DNA from: a virus
Taxonomy: Duplodnaviria; Heunggongvirae; Uroviricota; Caudoviricetes
DNA length: 59,955 nt
Reading direction: 5' to 3' (one strand)
IMG/VR virus record: IMGVR_UViG_3300008255_000107
The position numbers were made by a program, and so were the translations under genes. Positions 24,363-32,681 of this stretch are shown here, piece by piece (within the stretch, counting starts at the first letter, position 1; every line of letters begins with the position of its first letter). Under the pieces are notes generated by a model. It searched no databases and had not been told where the DNA came from. It saw only the letters and a list, made by a program, of their open reading frames with translations.

Positions 24363-26174
24363 TGGGGCCTTAATGAACTTTAACTTCTTACCATCCTGGA
24401 AATGCTTTAAGCAGTATAGATAGGTCGCAGTGGTAGACATACCCCACTTGAGAGCTAGCCTTCTGTAGATTCCGTACATCTTTGGTTCCGAGTCAAAGTC
24501 CACCTTCCTGGAAGACTCAAGGGCTTTTCTCTTGGTATCCTCCGGGTGGTCACCTACCCCATCAGGCCTATCAGTCAACTTGCCCGATTTCTTCATTAGG
24601 CGTACGGTGTTGACGACATGCCTACGGCTTACCCCGTATTTTTTGGCTATGTCCTCTTCCCAGCCCTTGTAAGCTCTTACGTCGGTCCTACCTGTGAGGG
24701 CTGTGGCCAGGGAAGTACCCTTACCTACTTGGTGGTAGATATCAGGGAAGTGCTTTTTGCAGTACTTGTACACTCCCTCCACCCTCTTAGTTCCCCACTT
24801 ACGCATAAGTATTGTGCTCCAATCCCTTTCCCCCATTACCTGCAAGAGATCATTCCTTCGCTCTTCAAGTACTGCCGGGTCCAGGGGCCTCCCACGGTAA
24901 TCGTTCCGAGATATTTCTACCCTCTCAGTCATACCCTGTATGGGTAAACCTGTTATCTTAGAGACTGTCGCTGCGACATCCTCTACGCTCATGTCCTGGG
25001 GCATGGCCCTTATGATCCTATTTATAATAGATTTTTTGGTGAGGGGGTTACTGCGGGTTCTTGGGTTTTTAAGGTACTGGCGCTGAGAACCAGTACCCCC
25101 GGACTTTTTCGAGTACGGACCGCGGGGTCCACGGGGGCGGGCCTTCCTAATAGGGTAAGTACTTTCGTCTTTGTGCCACCCAGCCCACTTAACCACCAAG
25201 GACTCAGAGCAACCCCAGGAGTACGCTAGCAGCTCAGGCCAGTTGGGTAGCGTGTGCACTGCCAGGAAGTCTTCTCTTCTACGGGCGCTCGTGATCCTGT
25301 ACGGGCTGCCCGGGATCTTTCTACCTAGGGGTCCGTGCAGCTTGCTCACATAGACACTTGCCGTACAGGTGCTGACGCCCCACATCTCGCTTAGCTTTGT
25401 CACGGGGTTGGTGTATTGTAGCACGGATAGAATGTCCGCTTGCCTGCTCTCTAACTTCTTTTTTTTGAGCATCTCTTTATGAATCTTACCTATACGGTAA
25501 CCCGTTGAGGATGCTTCATCGTCGATAACGTCAGAAAGTAAAGCGGGGGATAGCTCACTAGCTCTAACTACCGAAGGGTTCCAGGCGAATCGTGTGTGCT
25601 TACATCCGGTCAGGATACTTCGGTGCTGTATGAAGTCCGAGACAAGTGAGCGCACGATCGGGTCCGTTGGGGTGTTGGGTCTTTTCTTTATACCACGCAG
25701 GAGCTTAGTCAGGGCGTAGGACACAGCACATTGACTAACCCCCCACGCCTCACCGGTCTTGGTCTGATTACCGCGAAAGTCCATTATTAAAGACACAAGT
25801 ATGCGTGTCCACTTCACGTGGTCCGTGCCACTAACCGTGTCGGAAACACGGCCTATGTAGCTTTCGACCTCCACACGGGACACGCCGTCGTACTTCCACT
25901 CAAAGGCTGCCCTTATGAGGATTTGTACTATGCGGCGGGATATAGCCCCCTGGCTCAATCCCACTACCTGGGCAATCTCTTTTTGCTTGAGACTTTTGGC
26001 AAAGACACCCAGGATTATTGTCACATCCTTGGGGTCCAGCTTCGATAGAACCCGTTGGGTTTCATCATCCTTGTAAAAGTCTTCTTCCGTTTTGAAAGAT
26101 TCCCACCTAAACTTAATCATGTTCATGAGGGATTCAAATTCGGTCGGGGCTGTGGTTTCTTTTATGGTGTTCAT
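24360..26174 (-). CDS. Large basic multi-HTH DNA-binding protein
   Basis: Repeated HTH-like units: KQKEIAQVVGLSQGAISRR, NQTKTGEAWGVSQCAVSY, KLSEMWGVSTCTAS, IAKKYGVSRRHV, LALKWGMSTTATY. Confidence 0.75.
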   Translation of the reverse strand: MNTIKETTAPTEFESLMNMIKFRWESFKTEEDFYKDDETQRVLSKLDPKDVTIILGVFAKSLKQKEIAQVVGLSQGAISRRIVQILIRAAFEWKYDGVSRVEVESYIGRVSDTVSGTDHVKWTRILVSLIMDFRGNQTKTGEAWGVSQCAVSYALTKLLRGIKKRPNTPTDPIVRSLVSDFIQHRSILTGCKHTRFAWNPSVVRASELSPALLSDVIDDEASSTGYRIGKIHKEMLKKKKLESRQADILSVLQYTNPVTKLSEMWGVSTCTASVYVSKLHGPLGRKIPGSPYRITSARRREDFLAVHTLPNWPELLAYSWGCSESLVVKWAGWHKDESTYPIRKARPRGPRGPYSKKSGGTGSQRQYLKNPRTRSNPLTKKSIINRIIRAMPQDMSVEDVAATVSKITGLPIQGMTERVEISRNDYRGRPLDPAVLEERRNDLLQVMGERDWSTILMRKWGTKRVEGVYKYCKKHFPDIYHQVGKGTSLATALTGRTDVRAYKGWEEDIAKKYGVSRRHVVNTVRLMKKSGKLTDRPDGVGDHPEDTKRKALESSRKVDFDSEPKMYGIYRRLALKWGMSTTATYLYCLKHFQDGKKLKFIKAP

Positions 26175-26209
26175 AGATCACTATACATTAGTGGCTATGA
26201 ATTTTTAAC

Positions 26210-26425
26210 CTAAGCGTACAATTGGGAGGTGGCCAGGATCCTATCGGCTATGTGGTCTATGACCCCCGCACGGCTATAGTAACCGGAAGTGACTCGAATC
26301 TGTAGGTACCCTAGCCTTATTAAGGCCAACTTCTCGGCTCTATTATTCTCGGCGTGCTCCACACTATCCTTAGCGGGGGGTACCCGTACATGACGGGTAG
26401 GGGCATCTACGGGGTCAATGTTCAT
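26210..26425 (-). CDS. FlgM-like anti-sigma factor (C-terminal motif)
   Basis: RAEKLALIR...VTSGYY.....DHIADRIL resembles FlgM R.EK...IK..I..G.Y......IA..L. Confidence 0.45.
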   Translation of the reverse strand: MNIDPVDAPTRHVRVPPAKDSVEHAENNRAEKLALIRLGYLQIRVTSGYYSRAGVIDHIADRILATSQLYA

Positions 26426-26510
26426 TGCTTAGGTTCTCCTAACCACCATTATCGGCCCCAGGGCATTAAACCTTTAGCTATTACCTAAAGTTTGTTAAAA
26501 ATGGCCAGGA

Positions 26511-27227
26511 ATGTCTATATATGCTAATGATATGCAGTCTAACTATAGGAAACCCATGTATCACCTTACCATGCCAGACGAAACCTACCAGGCGCTCAGG
26601 GAGGCTTTTAAAGAAGCCTGGAAGCTACTACAAGGGGATTTTGGCTACTTGTTCAAGCTGCGTGATAAGGATGCCCAAGGCATACCCCTGGACCCTGCCT
26701 ACATCAGACAAGCTAAGAAAGAAATTCTACCAAGGATCAAGGCTGCCATGTGCGAAGAAGGTCAACAGACCATGCCTCTACCTGAGCGTAATGCGGAGCA
26801 ATGGTACTTTGTTAGAAAGGAACTCCGAAAGAAAAATCACACATTGGTACTAGATGCGGATACGTGCTGGCTCGTAAGCAGCATAAGCGACTTCTACGCC
26901 AGGCTACATTTAGGACAGATGGGTAAAGCCTTTGAGCAAATAGCTTACAAGGGTTGCCCTTTGTGGGATTTAGGATGGAGGGAGATCTTCGATTTGGATA
27001 ATGCCTGGAAGTCCTCTATGTTTGGACTAGGTCCCAGCACGTCTCTGGGGGTTGGAAACAGGGAAGCGACACACAAGAAGGATATCCTTTTTAGCCTTCA
27101 CCAAGTTGTGCGCTTTCGCTTATCCATCGATCGGAATCCTTCGTGCGATCCATGGAATATTTATTACAGCCCACCAATGAATTATTACGGCCCCGTGCCA
27201 CTCAGTACCCTTACTAAGGAAAAATAA
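26511..27227 (+). CDS. Hypothetical protein
   Basis: 238 aa. Confidence 0.7.
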   Translation: MSIYANDMQSNYRKPMYHLTMPDETYQALREAFKEAWKLLQGDFGYLFKLRDKDAQGIPLDPAYIRQAKKEILPRIKAAMCEEGQQTMPLPERNAEQWYFVRKELRKKNHTLVLDADTCWLVSSISDFYARLHLGQMGKAFEQIAYKGCPLWDLGWREIFDLDNAWKSSMFGLGPSTSLGVGNREATHKKDILFSLHQVVRFRLSIDRNPSCDPWNIYYSPPMNYYGPVPLSTLTKEK

Positions 27228-27643
27228 TGCCTACAATTATAATCAACGGTGGCGACCCCCTAGATGGTTGCCCAGAAACATACGAACAAGCACACGCCTG
27301 GTCGGACCTATCCAACAAGGGTATACCCTATAACGGGCCCAGGTGGTCATGGGATTGCGGGTTCAAGTTGGATTTTGACGGACAAATGAAACTATTAGGG
27401 TTTATACCTGTTAGCGTGTCCAGCAGATTCTATCCGCCTAAGGAAGTCTACGGACCCACATGGGACGGCAGTGTTGACTTGGTATTTGGGGGTAGGTTTA
27501 GAAAGTCTAAAAGATTTGACGAGGCCACACTGGAGAGCTTGGTAAAGCGTGTGGAGAAGTACTTGGGTGTTAAAAGGACGGGTGTGATACCTACTATGGC
27601 GGGTTTTTCTGCTAGGGAAGTAAATAGGCATGGATCTAAGTAA
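27227..27643 (+). CDS. Hypothetical protein
   Basis: 138 aa, coupled start. Confidence 0.65.
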   Translation: MPTIIINGGDPLDGCPETYEQAHAWSDLSNKGIPYNGPRWSWDCGFKLDFDGQMKLLGFIPVSVSSRFYPPKEVYGPTWDGSVDLVFGGRFRKSKRFDEATLESLVKRVEKYLGVKRTGVIPTMAGFSAREVNRHGSK

Positions 27644-27929
27644 AATGCTGAGGGTACCCAGGGCGGTACCAAAATGGCGTCCTTTCAAATCCTACCCGAA
27701 CGCCACACACCCGAGATGGTTACCTCCTGAAAAAAAATGGGTTTTGGTACGGATAGGGCAGACGATGCAGGGGTTGCCAGATCCAGTGTGCGTAGGGTAC
27801 CTTAAGTACCACGCGGGTGTAAAAACAGAACCCTACTTTGTTACCCCAGGTTTCACGATGGGAACTGGTGACGGTAGGGTTTTGGAGTGGTGTGACTGTC
27901 TACCTGATGACTTTAAATGGCCAGCCTGA
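27630..27929 (+). CDS. Hypothetical protein
   Basis: 99 aa. Confidence 0.6.
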   Translation: MDLSKMLRVPRAVPKWRPFKSYPNATHPRWLPPEKKWVLVRIGQTMQGLPDPVCVGYLKYHAGVKTEPYFVTPGFTMGTGDGRVLEWCDCLPDDFKWPA

Positions 27930-27939
27930 GGGGGGTGAT

Positions 27940-28515
27940 GTGATCATAGGGATCGATTTGGACAATACGCTGTTTTCTGACTTTGCCATCAGTAAAGCAG
28001 CCAAGGAACTAGGGTACCCCCACAGGAACACTGACCACATGTCCTGGAACCTAGTGGGATTTCCAGAGGACCTCCGTGCAAGGGTGCGTGAGTTGTGGGT
28101 GGACGATGAGTACATGGGTAGCTTACCACCCGTCGAGGGTAATGCCAAAATACTTAGGGAATGGAAGGACGCTGGGCACGAGGTCAACATAGTGACCGCA
28201 CGAGGAGAAAGGTTACGGGAGTCCACCATAGAGATGGTGGAAGAGCACTACAAAGGGTTGGTGGATTACATCACGATGGTCCGTCCTGACGAGGACAAGG
28301 TACCTGTTTTGAAAAAAATAGGGGTGGACGTTTGGATTGACGATTCCCCCGACCAAGTCCGTAAGACCGTGGCTGCTGGCATACCTACCATCCTTGTTAC
28401 TAACCCACACACCAAGTACAATTGGGAGGTGCGTGATACGTTTTTCAACGTGCCCCGATTTGAGTCCGTAGCACAGATTCCAAAAAATTTCATTGAGGGT
28501 ATTGTTTTTCATTAA
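27940..28515 (+). CDS. 5'(3')-deoxyribonucleotidase-like HAD phosphatase
   Basis: IGIDLDNTL, IVTAR, VWIDDSP; GTG start after gagggggg. Confidence 0.85.
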   Translation: MIIGIDLDNTLFSDFAISKAAKELGYPHRNTDHMSWNLVGFPEDLRARVRELWVDDEYMGSLPPVEGNAKILREWKDAGHEVNIVTARGERLRESTIEMVEEHYKGLVDYITMVRPDEDKVPVLKKIGVDVWIDDSPDQVRKTVAAGIPTILVTNPHTKYNWEVRDTFFNVPRFESVAQIPKNFIEGIVFH

Positions 28516-28537
28516 AACCTTTAGTAGATTTGATGCT

Positions 28538-28633
28538 ATGAAAAACTTGTTCAACAGAAACTCCTTATCGCTATGTTTGTCATGGCTCAGTCTGTCCAGA
28601 CCTGAGGTGGGTTTCTGTTCGCATAGCTCGTAA
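28538..28633 (+). CDS. Putative leader peptide (31 aa)
   Basis: MKNLFNRNSLSLCLSWLSLSRPEVGFCSHSS (9 Ser) upstream of terminator and tRNA-Ser. Confidence 0.5.
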   Translation: MKNLFNRNSLSLCLSWLSLSRPEVGFCSHSS

Positions 28634-28652
28634 TATCGGTAACGATGTAATG

Positions 28653-28696
28653 AAAGCGAAAGGGCTCACCTAGTAAGTGAGCCCTTTCGCTTTTTT
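28653..28696 (+). terminator. Intrinsic terminator/attenuator
   Basis: AAAGCGAAGGGCTCAC-loop-GTGAGCCCTTTCGCTTTTTT; coordinates approximate. Confidence 0.85.
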
Positions 28697-28729
28697 GGTT
28701 TAAAAATGGATTAGATGCTTGTAGATATA

Positions 28730-28817
28730 GGAAGCGTGGCAGAGATGGATGATTGCACTCGACTGCTAATCGAGTGGGGCCTAAAAACCTCCGGGGGTTC
28801 GAATCCCTTCGCTTCCT
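28730..28817 (+). tRNA. tRNA-Ser(GCU)
   Basis: CTCGA-CTGCTAA-TCGAG, long variable arm. Confidence 0.9.
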
Positions 28818-28839
28818 CGAAACAACAACTGGAGTCAGC

Positions 28840-29115
28840 ATGGCCACATTGGAAGAGAAAAAACAGAAGCTTATAGCCCTCGTAAACAAGATCGACGAAG
28901 TGGGTGAGGTGCAGAGTGGGATCTACGACTACATGGATCAGTTAGTAGCCCAGGACGATGTCCTCAAGGAGATCGAGACTGCAGTGGCGGAGATGAGGAG
29001 AACCTCGTGTACTAAGATTAGCACTTGGATTCATGAGTTTGGGAGCAGACACCGGGAAAATTTCGAAGAAAGAAATGCTCTGGTGAAGGCTGTGTCGGGC
29101 GGAACCCAAGGTTGA
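28840..29115 (+). CDS. Hypothetical coiled-coil protein
   Basis: ATG after RBS ggag. Confidence 0.6.
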   Translation: MATLEEKKQKLIALVNKIDEVGEVQSGIYDYMDQLVAQDDVLKEIETAVAEMRRTSCTKISTWIHEFGSRHRENFEERNALVKAVSGGTQG

Positions 29116-29120
29116 AAAAC

Positions 29121-29204
29121 GGAAGGTACCGCTATTGGTAGTAAACCAGACTTGAAATCTGGGGGTGGGGTGAAAGCCGCGGGGTTCGATTCCTCTACCT
29201 TCCT
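29121..29204 (+). tRNA. tRNA-Ser(UGA)
   Basis: CCAGA-CTTGAAA-TCTGG, long variable arm. Confidence 0.85.
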
Positions 29205-29273
29205 TAGGAGAGATACCGTATGAGAAAAAGGTTCACGGCCATGGAGATGTAACACCTAACAAGGAGTTACATC

Positions 29274-29444
29274 ATGAGATCAGGGACTAAAGCTGCGACT
29301 AGTGAAACTGACGACAGCAGAACTTACAGGCTAATCCGCATGAGAGTGTACGGATGCTGGAGTTGGTATAGGCCATGGTACCATAGGGGGACACCCTACC
29401 GGTCCTGGAAGAGCCATAGAAAAACACAGTACAAGGAGTACTGA
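29274..29444 (+). CDS. Small Arg/Trp-rich protein (56 aa, not in track)
   Basis: ...PYRSWKSHRKTQYKEY; RBS aaggag. Confidence 0.55.
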   Translation: MRSGTKAATSETDDSRTYRLIRMRVYGCWSWYRPWYHRGTPYRSWKSHRKTQYKEY

Positions 29445-29502
29445 CATGATAGGATACACAGCCATGGAGATTTAGGTAAACCTTAATTGGGAGACCTAAA
29501 TC

Positions 29503-29694
29503 ATGAATGGATCAAAAAGATCTTGGAAGAGAAAGAACGATTGGCATAGTAAAGAGTTTCGGTACGGCCTTAAGAAGTATGGTAAGAGGAGATCCTCCAT
29601 CATTATTCGAAGGACCCCCGTAAACGTAGATGTACCAGACGGAGGGTATCACCGTAAGTCCCTGTATTGGGATTACTATGATCCGTGGTGGTAG
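29503..29694 (+). CDS. Small basic Trp-rich protein
   Basis: 63 aa ending YWDYYDPWW; RBS ggag. Confidence 0.55.
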   Translation: MNGSKRSWKRKNDWHSKEFRYGLKKYGKRRSSIIIRRTPVNVDVPDGGYHRKSLYWDYYDPWW

Positions 29695-29702
29695 AGTTTT
29701 AA

Positions 29703-29786
29703 GCCGGTGTGTCGGAATGGCAGACGAGGGGCGCTAAGAACGCCCTGGTGGGAAACCCCGTGGAGGTTCAAGTCCTCTCGCCGGTA
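29703..29786 (+). tRNA. tRNA-Leu(AAG)
   Basis: GGGCG-CTAAGAA-CGCCC; Leu-type D arm and long variable arm. Confidence 0.85.
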
Positions 29787-29795
29787 TAGTGTTTA

Positions 29796-29877
29796 GGAGA
29801 AGATGCGAGTGGTCAGCGAGCCGCTTGGAAAGCGGTCGGGTGTAAAAGCCTTGTGGGTTCGACCCCCACCTTCTCCG
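29796..29877 (+). tRNA. tRNA-Ser(GGA)
   Basis: GCCGC-TTGGAAA-GCGGT; G73. Confidence 0.85.
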
Positions 29878-29900
29878 CTAATTTTTGTAAAGGGGCCAGT

Positions 29901-30107
29901 ATGGCAGTGACATTTACGGTAGATGATGAGGATGAGAAAAAAGTCAAGAAGTGGTTCATAGAGCACGAGTGCCACGAACCCTCTAAGCAGGCTAAGCTCC
30001 GCACGCTGGTGTACTCTTTCTGTGCAAATGGGTTGGGGTTGGTAACCAAGGTGAAGTGCACCGGATGCAATAGGGAACTGAACCTGACCGATGTAAGCAC
30101 CTGGTGA
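29901..30107 (+). CDS. Small Cys/His hypothetical protein
   Basis: 68 aa between tRNA and DUF4326 gene. Confidence 0.6.
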   Translation: MAVTFTVDDEDEKKVKKWFIEHECHEPSKQAKLRTLVYSFCANGLGLVTKVKCTGCNRELNLTDVSTW

Positions 30108-30403
30108 ATATATTCAACAAGACCAAGGGGTATGTACCACCCGGAGCTGTGTACATAGGTAGACCCTCCAAGTGGGGTAACCCCTTCAGCAGTAAAGAGG
30201 GGACACTTGCAGACCACGTGGTTGAGGACACCCAGGAAGCCCTGGACAGCTACTACGAGTACTTCAAGAGCAGTCCCGAGCTCATGAAGGCAGCGAGAGA
30301 AGAATTGGTGGGGAAAGATTTGTTGTGCTGGTGTAAGCCCAAGCCGTGTCACGGAGACGTGATAAAGAAGATTTTGGTGGAAGAAGGACTAGAAGAAGAT
30401 TGA
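30104..30403 (+). CDS. DUF4326 domain protein
   Basis: VYIGRPSKWGNPF, L.GKDLLCWCKPKPCHGDV. Confidence 0.85.
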   Translation: MNIFNKTKGYVPPGAVYIGRPSKWGNPFSSKEGTLADHVVEDTQEALDSYYEYFKSSPELMKAAREELVGKDLLCWCKPKPCHGDVIKKILVEEGLEED

Positions 30404-30406
30404 TAC

Positions 30407-30488
30407 GCGCCTGTGGTGGAATTGGTAGACATGCCAGACTTAGGATCTGGTTCCGCAAGGAGTGAGAGTTCGAGTCTCTCCAGGCGTA
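30407..30488 (+). tRNA. tRNA-Leu(UAG)
   Basis: CCAGA-CTTAGGA-TCTGG. Confidence 0.92.
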
Positions 30489-30502
30489 CTTAGGAGAATT
30501 GT

Positions 30503-31393
30503 ATGAGAAAGAGAAATGTAAAGATAGCCGTTATAAATTCGTCCCTTGATAATCCGTACCACTCGTATGGGGATCACTGGGTGGACGGGTGGAATGACGC
30601 CGAGGTGGAGGTGACCGTCTTCAGGTACGACCAGATACCCACCATACCTCCCACGTTCGATCTCTACTTCTTCGTGGAAGTAAGGTACGAGTTGCACGAT
30701 ATCCCTTGGTACCTGTACCCGCGGGTGCTATGGTCGTGGGACTCGCACCTGATACCCATGGATACGCTTGCTGATTACACCCGGTACTTCAGCACTGTGT
30801 ATCTTGCTACCAAAAAAGAAGTTGATTATCTGAAGGGGTCAGGTTTTAAAAATGTGAAGTGGCTGCCCGAGGCTTGTAATCCTAGGGTGCACAGACGCCA
30901 CGAGGATGTTGAACCTGCAGAAACTATCGCGTATGTAACCAACCCGAGTAGGCAGCCCGAACGAAATGGTCTGAACAAGAACTCCTACATTGAGTTCTTG
31001 AATAATGGACCCCACAGTTTCAGGCACACCAGGGGTGTATTCGGGGAAAGCTATGCCAGGGCTATGAGTGGCTCTGAGCTTAGTATCGATTGGCCGGTGG
31101 GGACTAATGTTGGTACCCGTATGTTTGAGGCTCCGGCCATGGGGTGTGCCGTAATCCGTTCTCTCCCCTCCATAGGGGATGGTAACGGCATGGAGGAGAT
31201 GCTTACTGAAGGTGAGCACTTCCTGGGTTTTGACGACACCCTAGAGGGTCTGGACAGGGTCCTGAAGTTTGCCACGGATCCAGCTAACAAGGGTAAGATG
31301 GATGCTATGAGGGAAGCGGCTAGGGATTTGGTTTTGAGTAAGCACACCTATGCCCACCGGTGTGTAAGGGTGTTAGAGGATTTTGGTTTATGA
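30503..31393 (+). CDS. CgeB-like (GT-B) glycosyltransferase
   Basis: WLPEAC.P..H, R.FEAPAMG, HTYAHR. Confidence 0.8.
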   Translation: MRKRNVKIAVINSSLDNPYHSYGDHWVDGWNDAEVEVTVFRYDQIPTIPPTFDLYFFVEVRYELHDIPWYLYPRVLWSWDSHLIPMDTLADYTRYFSTVYLATKKEVDYLKGSGFKNVKWLPEACNPRVHRRHEDVEPAETIAYVTNPSRQPERNGLNKNSYIEFLNNGPHSFRHTRGVFGESYARAMSGSELSIDWPVGTNVGTRMFEAPAMGCAVIRSLPSIGDGNGMEEMLTEGEHFLGFDDTLEGLDRVLKFATDPANKGKMDAMREAARDLVLSKHTYAHRCVRVLEDFGL

Positions 31394-31398
31394 TATCC

Positions 31399-31480
31399 GC
31401 GCTTGTGGCGGAATGGTAGACGTTGGGGACTTAAAATCCCCTGGCCGTAGGTCGTGAGGGTTCGAGTCCCTCCAAGCGTA
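31399..31480 (+). tRNA. tRNA-Leu(UAA)
   Basis: GGGGA-CTTAAAA-TCCCC. Confidence 0.92.
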
Positions 31481-31484
31481 TATT

Positions 31485-31567
31485 GCTCAGGTGGTGGAAT
31501 GGTAGACGCGCCGGACTCAGAATCCGGTACCCGCAAGGGCGTGAGGGTTCAAGTCCCTCTCTGAGCA
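31485..31567 (+). tRNA. tRNA-Leu(CAG)
   Basis: CCGGA-CTCAGAA-TCCGG. Confidence 0.92.
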
Positions 31568-31584
31568 CTAAAAGGAGATTACTG

Positions 31585-31761
31585 ATGGACGCAGAAACAG
31601 AAAAATTCTACAAGGATGAGGAGGCAAAGGCAGTCTCCTACGCCACTATGCTTAGCAAACGGGGAGTAGTGCCCGGGTGTGTGGCGGAATCTTTGGCTTC
31701 CTTGACTAAAAGAAGGTTCCCACCGACGGTGGCCGGTCGCAGGGCAGGGAGGCTGGGTTAG
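31585..31761 (+). CDS. Hypothetical protein
   Basis: ATG after RBS aaggag (track start lies inside the tRNA). Confidence 0.55.
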   Translation: MDAETEKFYKDEEAKAVSYATMLSKRGVVPGCVAESLASLTKRRFPPTVAGRRAGRLG

Positions 31762-31762
31762 C

Positions 31763-32113
31763 ATGATGGTATGGTCCAGCACTCATAAGGACCCACCCGC
31801 AAATGGAGCGGGGGTGTACGCTGTCTGCAGCAGGTCAGGTAAGAAGACCCTGGCTGTCTACAGGCCCCATAAGGGAGTGGGTGAGGAGTGGGTAGATTTT
31901 TACACACGTAAAACCATCCGCCCTAAACTCTGGTCCCACGTAGCTCTGGATTTGGACGGTTTAGTTAGGGCCATAACTGGGAAGCGCCGAGCGGTTTTAC
32001 CCTGCATGCCCATTACGGAGAGGGAAAAACTGGCGAGCGCCGAGAACAAAGGGCACAGCAGCGGTATCATGGAAGCAGCTGAGGTGGTCATGCATTGGAA
32101 ATACATGGATTGA
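31763..32113 (+). CDS. Hypothetical protein
   Basis: 116 aa. Confidence 0.6.
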   Translation: MMVWSSTHKDPPANGAGVYAVCSRSGKKTLAVYRPHKGVGEEWVDFYTRKTIRPKLWSHVALDLDGLVRAITGKRRAVLPCMPITEREKLASAENKGHSSGIMEAAEVVMHWKYMD

Positions 32114-32118
32114 CGTGA

Positions 32119-32201
32119 GCTCTCATGGCGGAAAGGTAGACGCGGGGGATTCAAAATCCTCTGGCCGCAAGGCCGTCCAGGTTCGAGTCCTGGTGGGAGT
32201 A
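32119..32201 (+). tRNA. tRNA-Leu(CAA)
   Basis: GGGGA-TTCAAAA-TCCTC. Confidence 0.9.
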
Positions 32202-32212
32202 CTAGAAATTGA

Positions 32213-32293
32213 GCGTTGGCTCTCCTACTGGTGTGGGAAGCGGTCTCCAAAACCGTGCCGAAAGGTTTGTAGGTTCGAACCCTGCCCGACGTG
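32213..32293 (+). tRNA. tRNA-Trp(CCA) with Sec-like D arm and long variable arm
   Basis: TCCTAC-TGGT-GTGGGA; GCGGT-CTCCAAA-ACCGT; GCC-GAAA-GGT. Confidence 0.75.
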
Positions 32294-32318
32294 CTAAACA
32301 GTCTTTAAGGAGGAAGTC

Positions 32319-32579
32319 ATGGACTATCCAAAAATTCTCATGGGTGCAGAAAACCCTAACGGGTGGAAACTAGAATCTTTACTGGAGAAGATCGAACAGG
32401 AAGTGGAGGCTAAGTCTGAAAAGATCATGGAGTCTACCCACCCCATGAGAGATAGTATTCTGAAAAACAACTATGAGATATGTGGTCTACTGGCGCAGGC
32501 CAGGGCTCTTCAGGTGGACACCTACGAGAATCTGGGCATAGTGTCCAAAGATGAGGGTCCTCTACATCCTAGGCTTTAA
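32319..32579 (+). CDS. Hypothetical protein
   Basis: 86 aa, RBS ggagg. Confidence 0.7.
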   Translation: MDYPKILMGAENPNGWKLESLLEKIEQEVEAKSEKIMESTHPMRDSILKNNYEICGLLAQARALQVDTYENLGIVSKDEGPLHPRL

Positions 32580-32587
32580 CAATCTAC

Positions 32588-32676
32588 GCCGTCGTGTTCC
32601 GAGTCTGGTCGAAGGTGGCGGACTGCAAATCCGCAGGGAGGAATCCCCGACACTGGTTCAAATCCAGTCGATGGCT
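32588..32676 (+). tRNA. tRNA-Cys(GCA) with long variable arm
   Basis: GCGGA-CTGCAAA-TCCGC; U73; variable stem GGGA-GGAA-TCCC. Confidence 0.8.
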
Positions 32677-32681
32677 TAAAA

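Noticed and set aside
29813-30352. 179-aa antisense ORF and similar shadow ORFs (e.g. 19677-20138, 37176-37709, 47153-47671)
   Set aside because: They lie opposite motif-supported genes or tRNAs and have no RBS or motif support.
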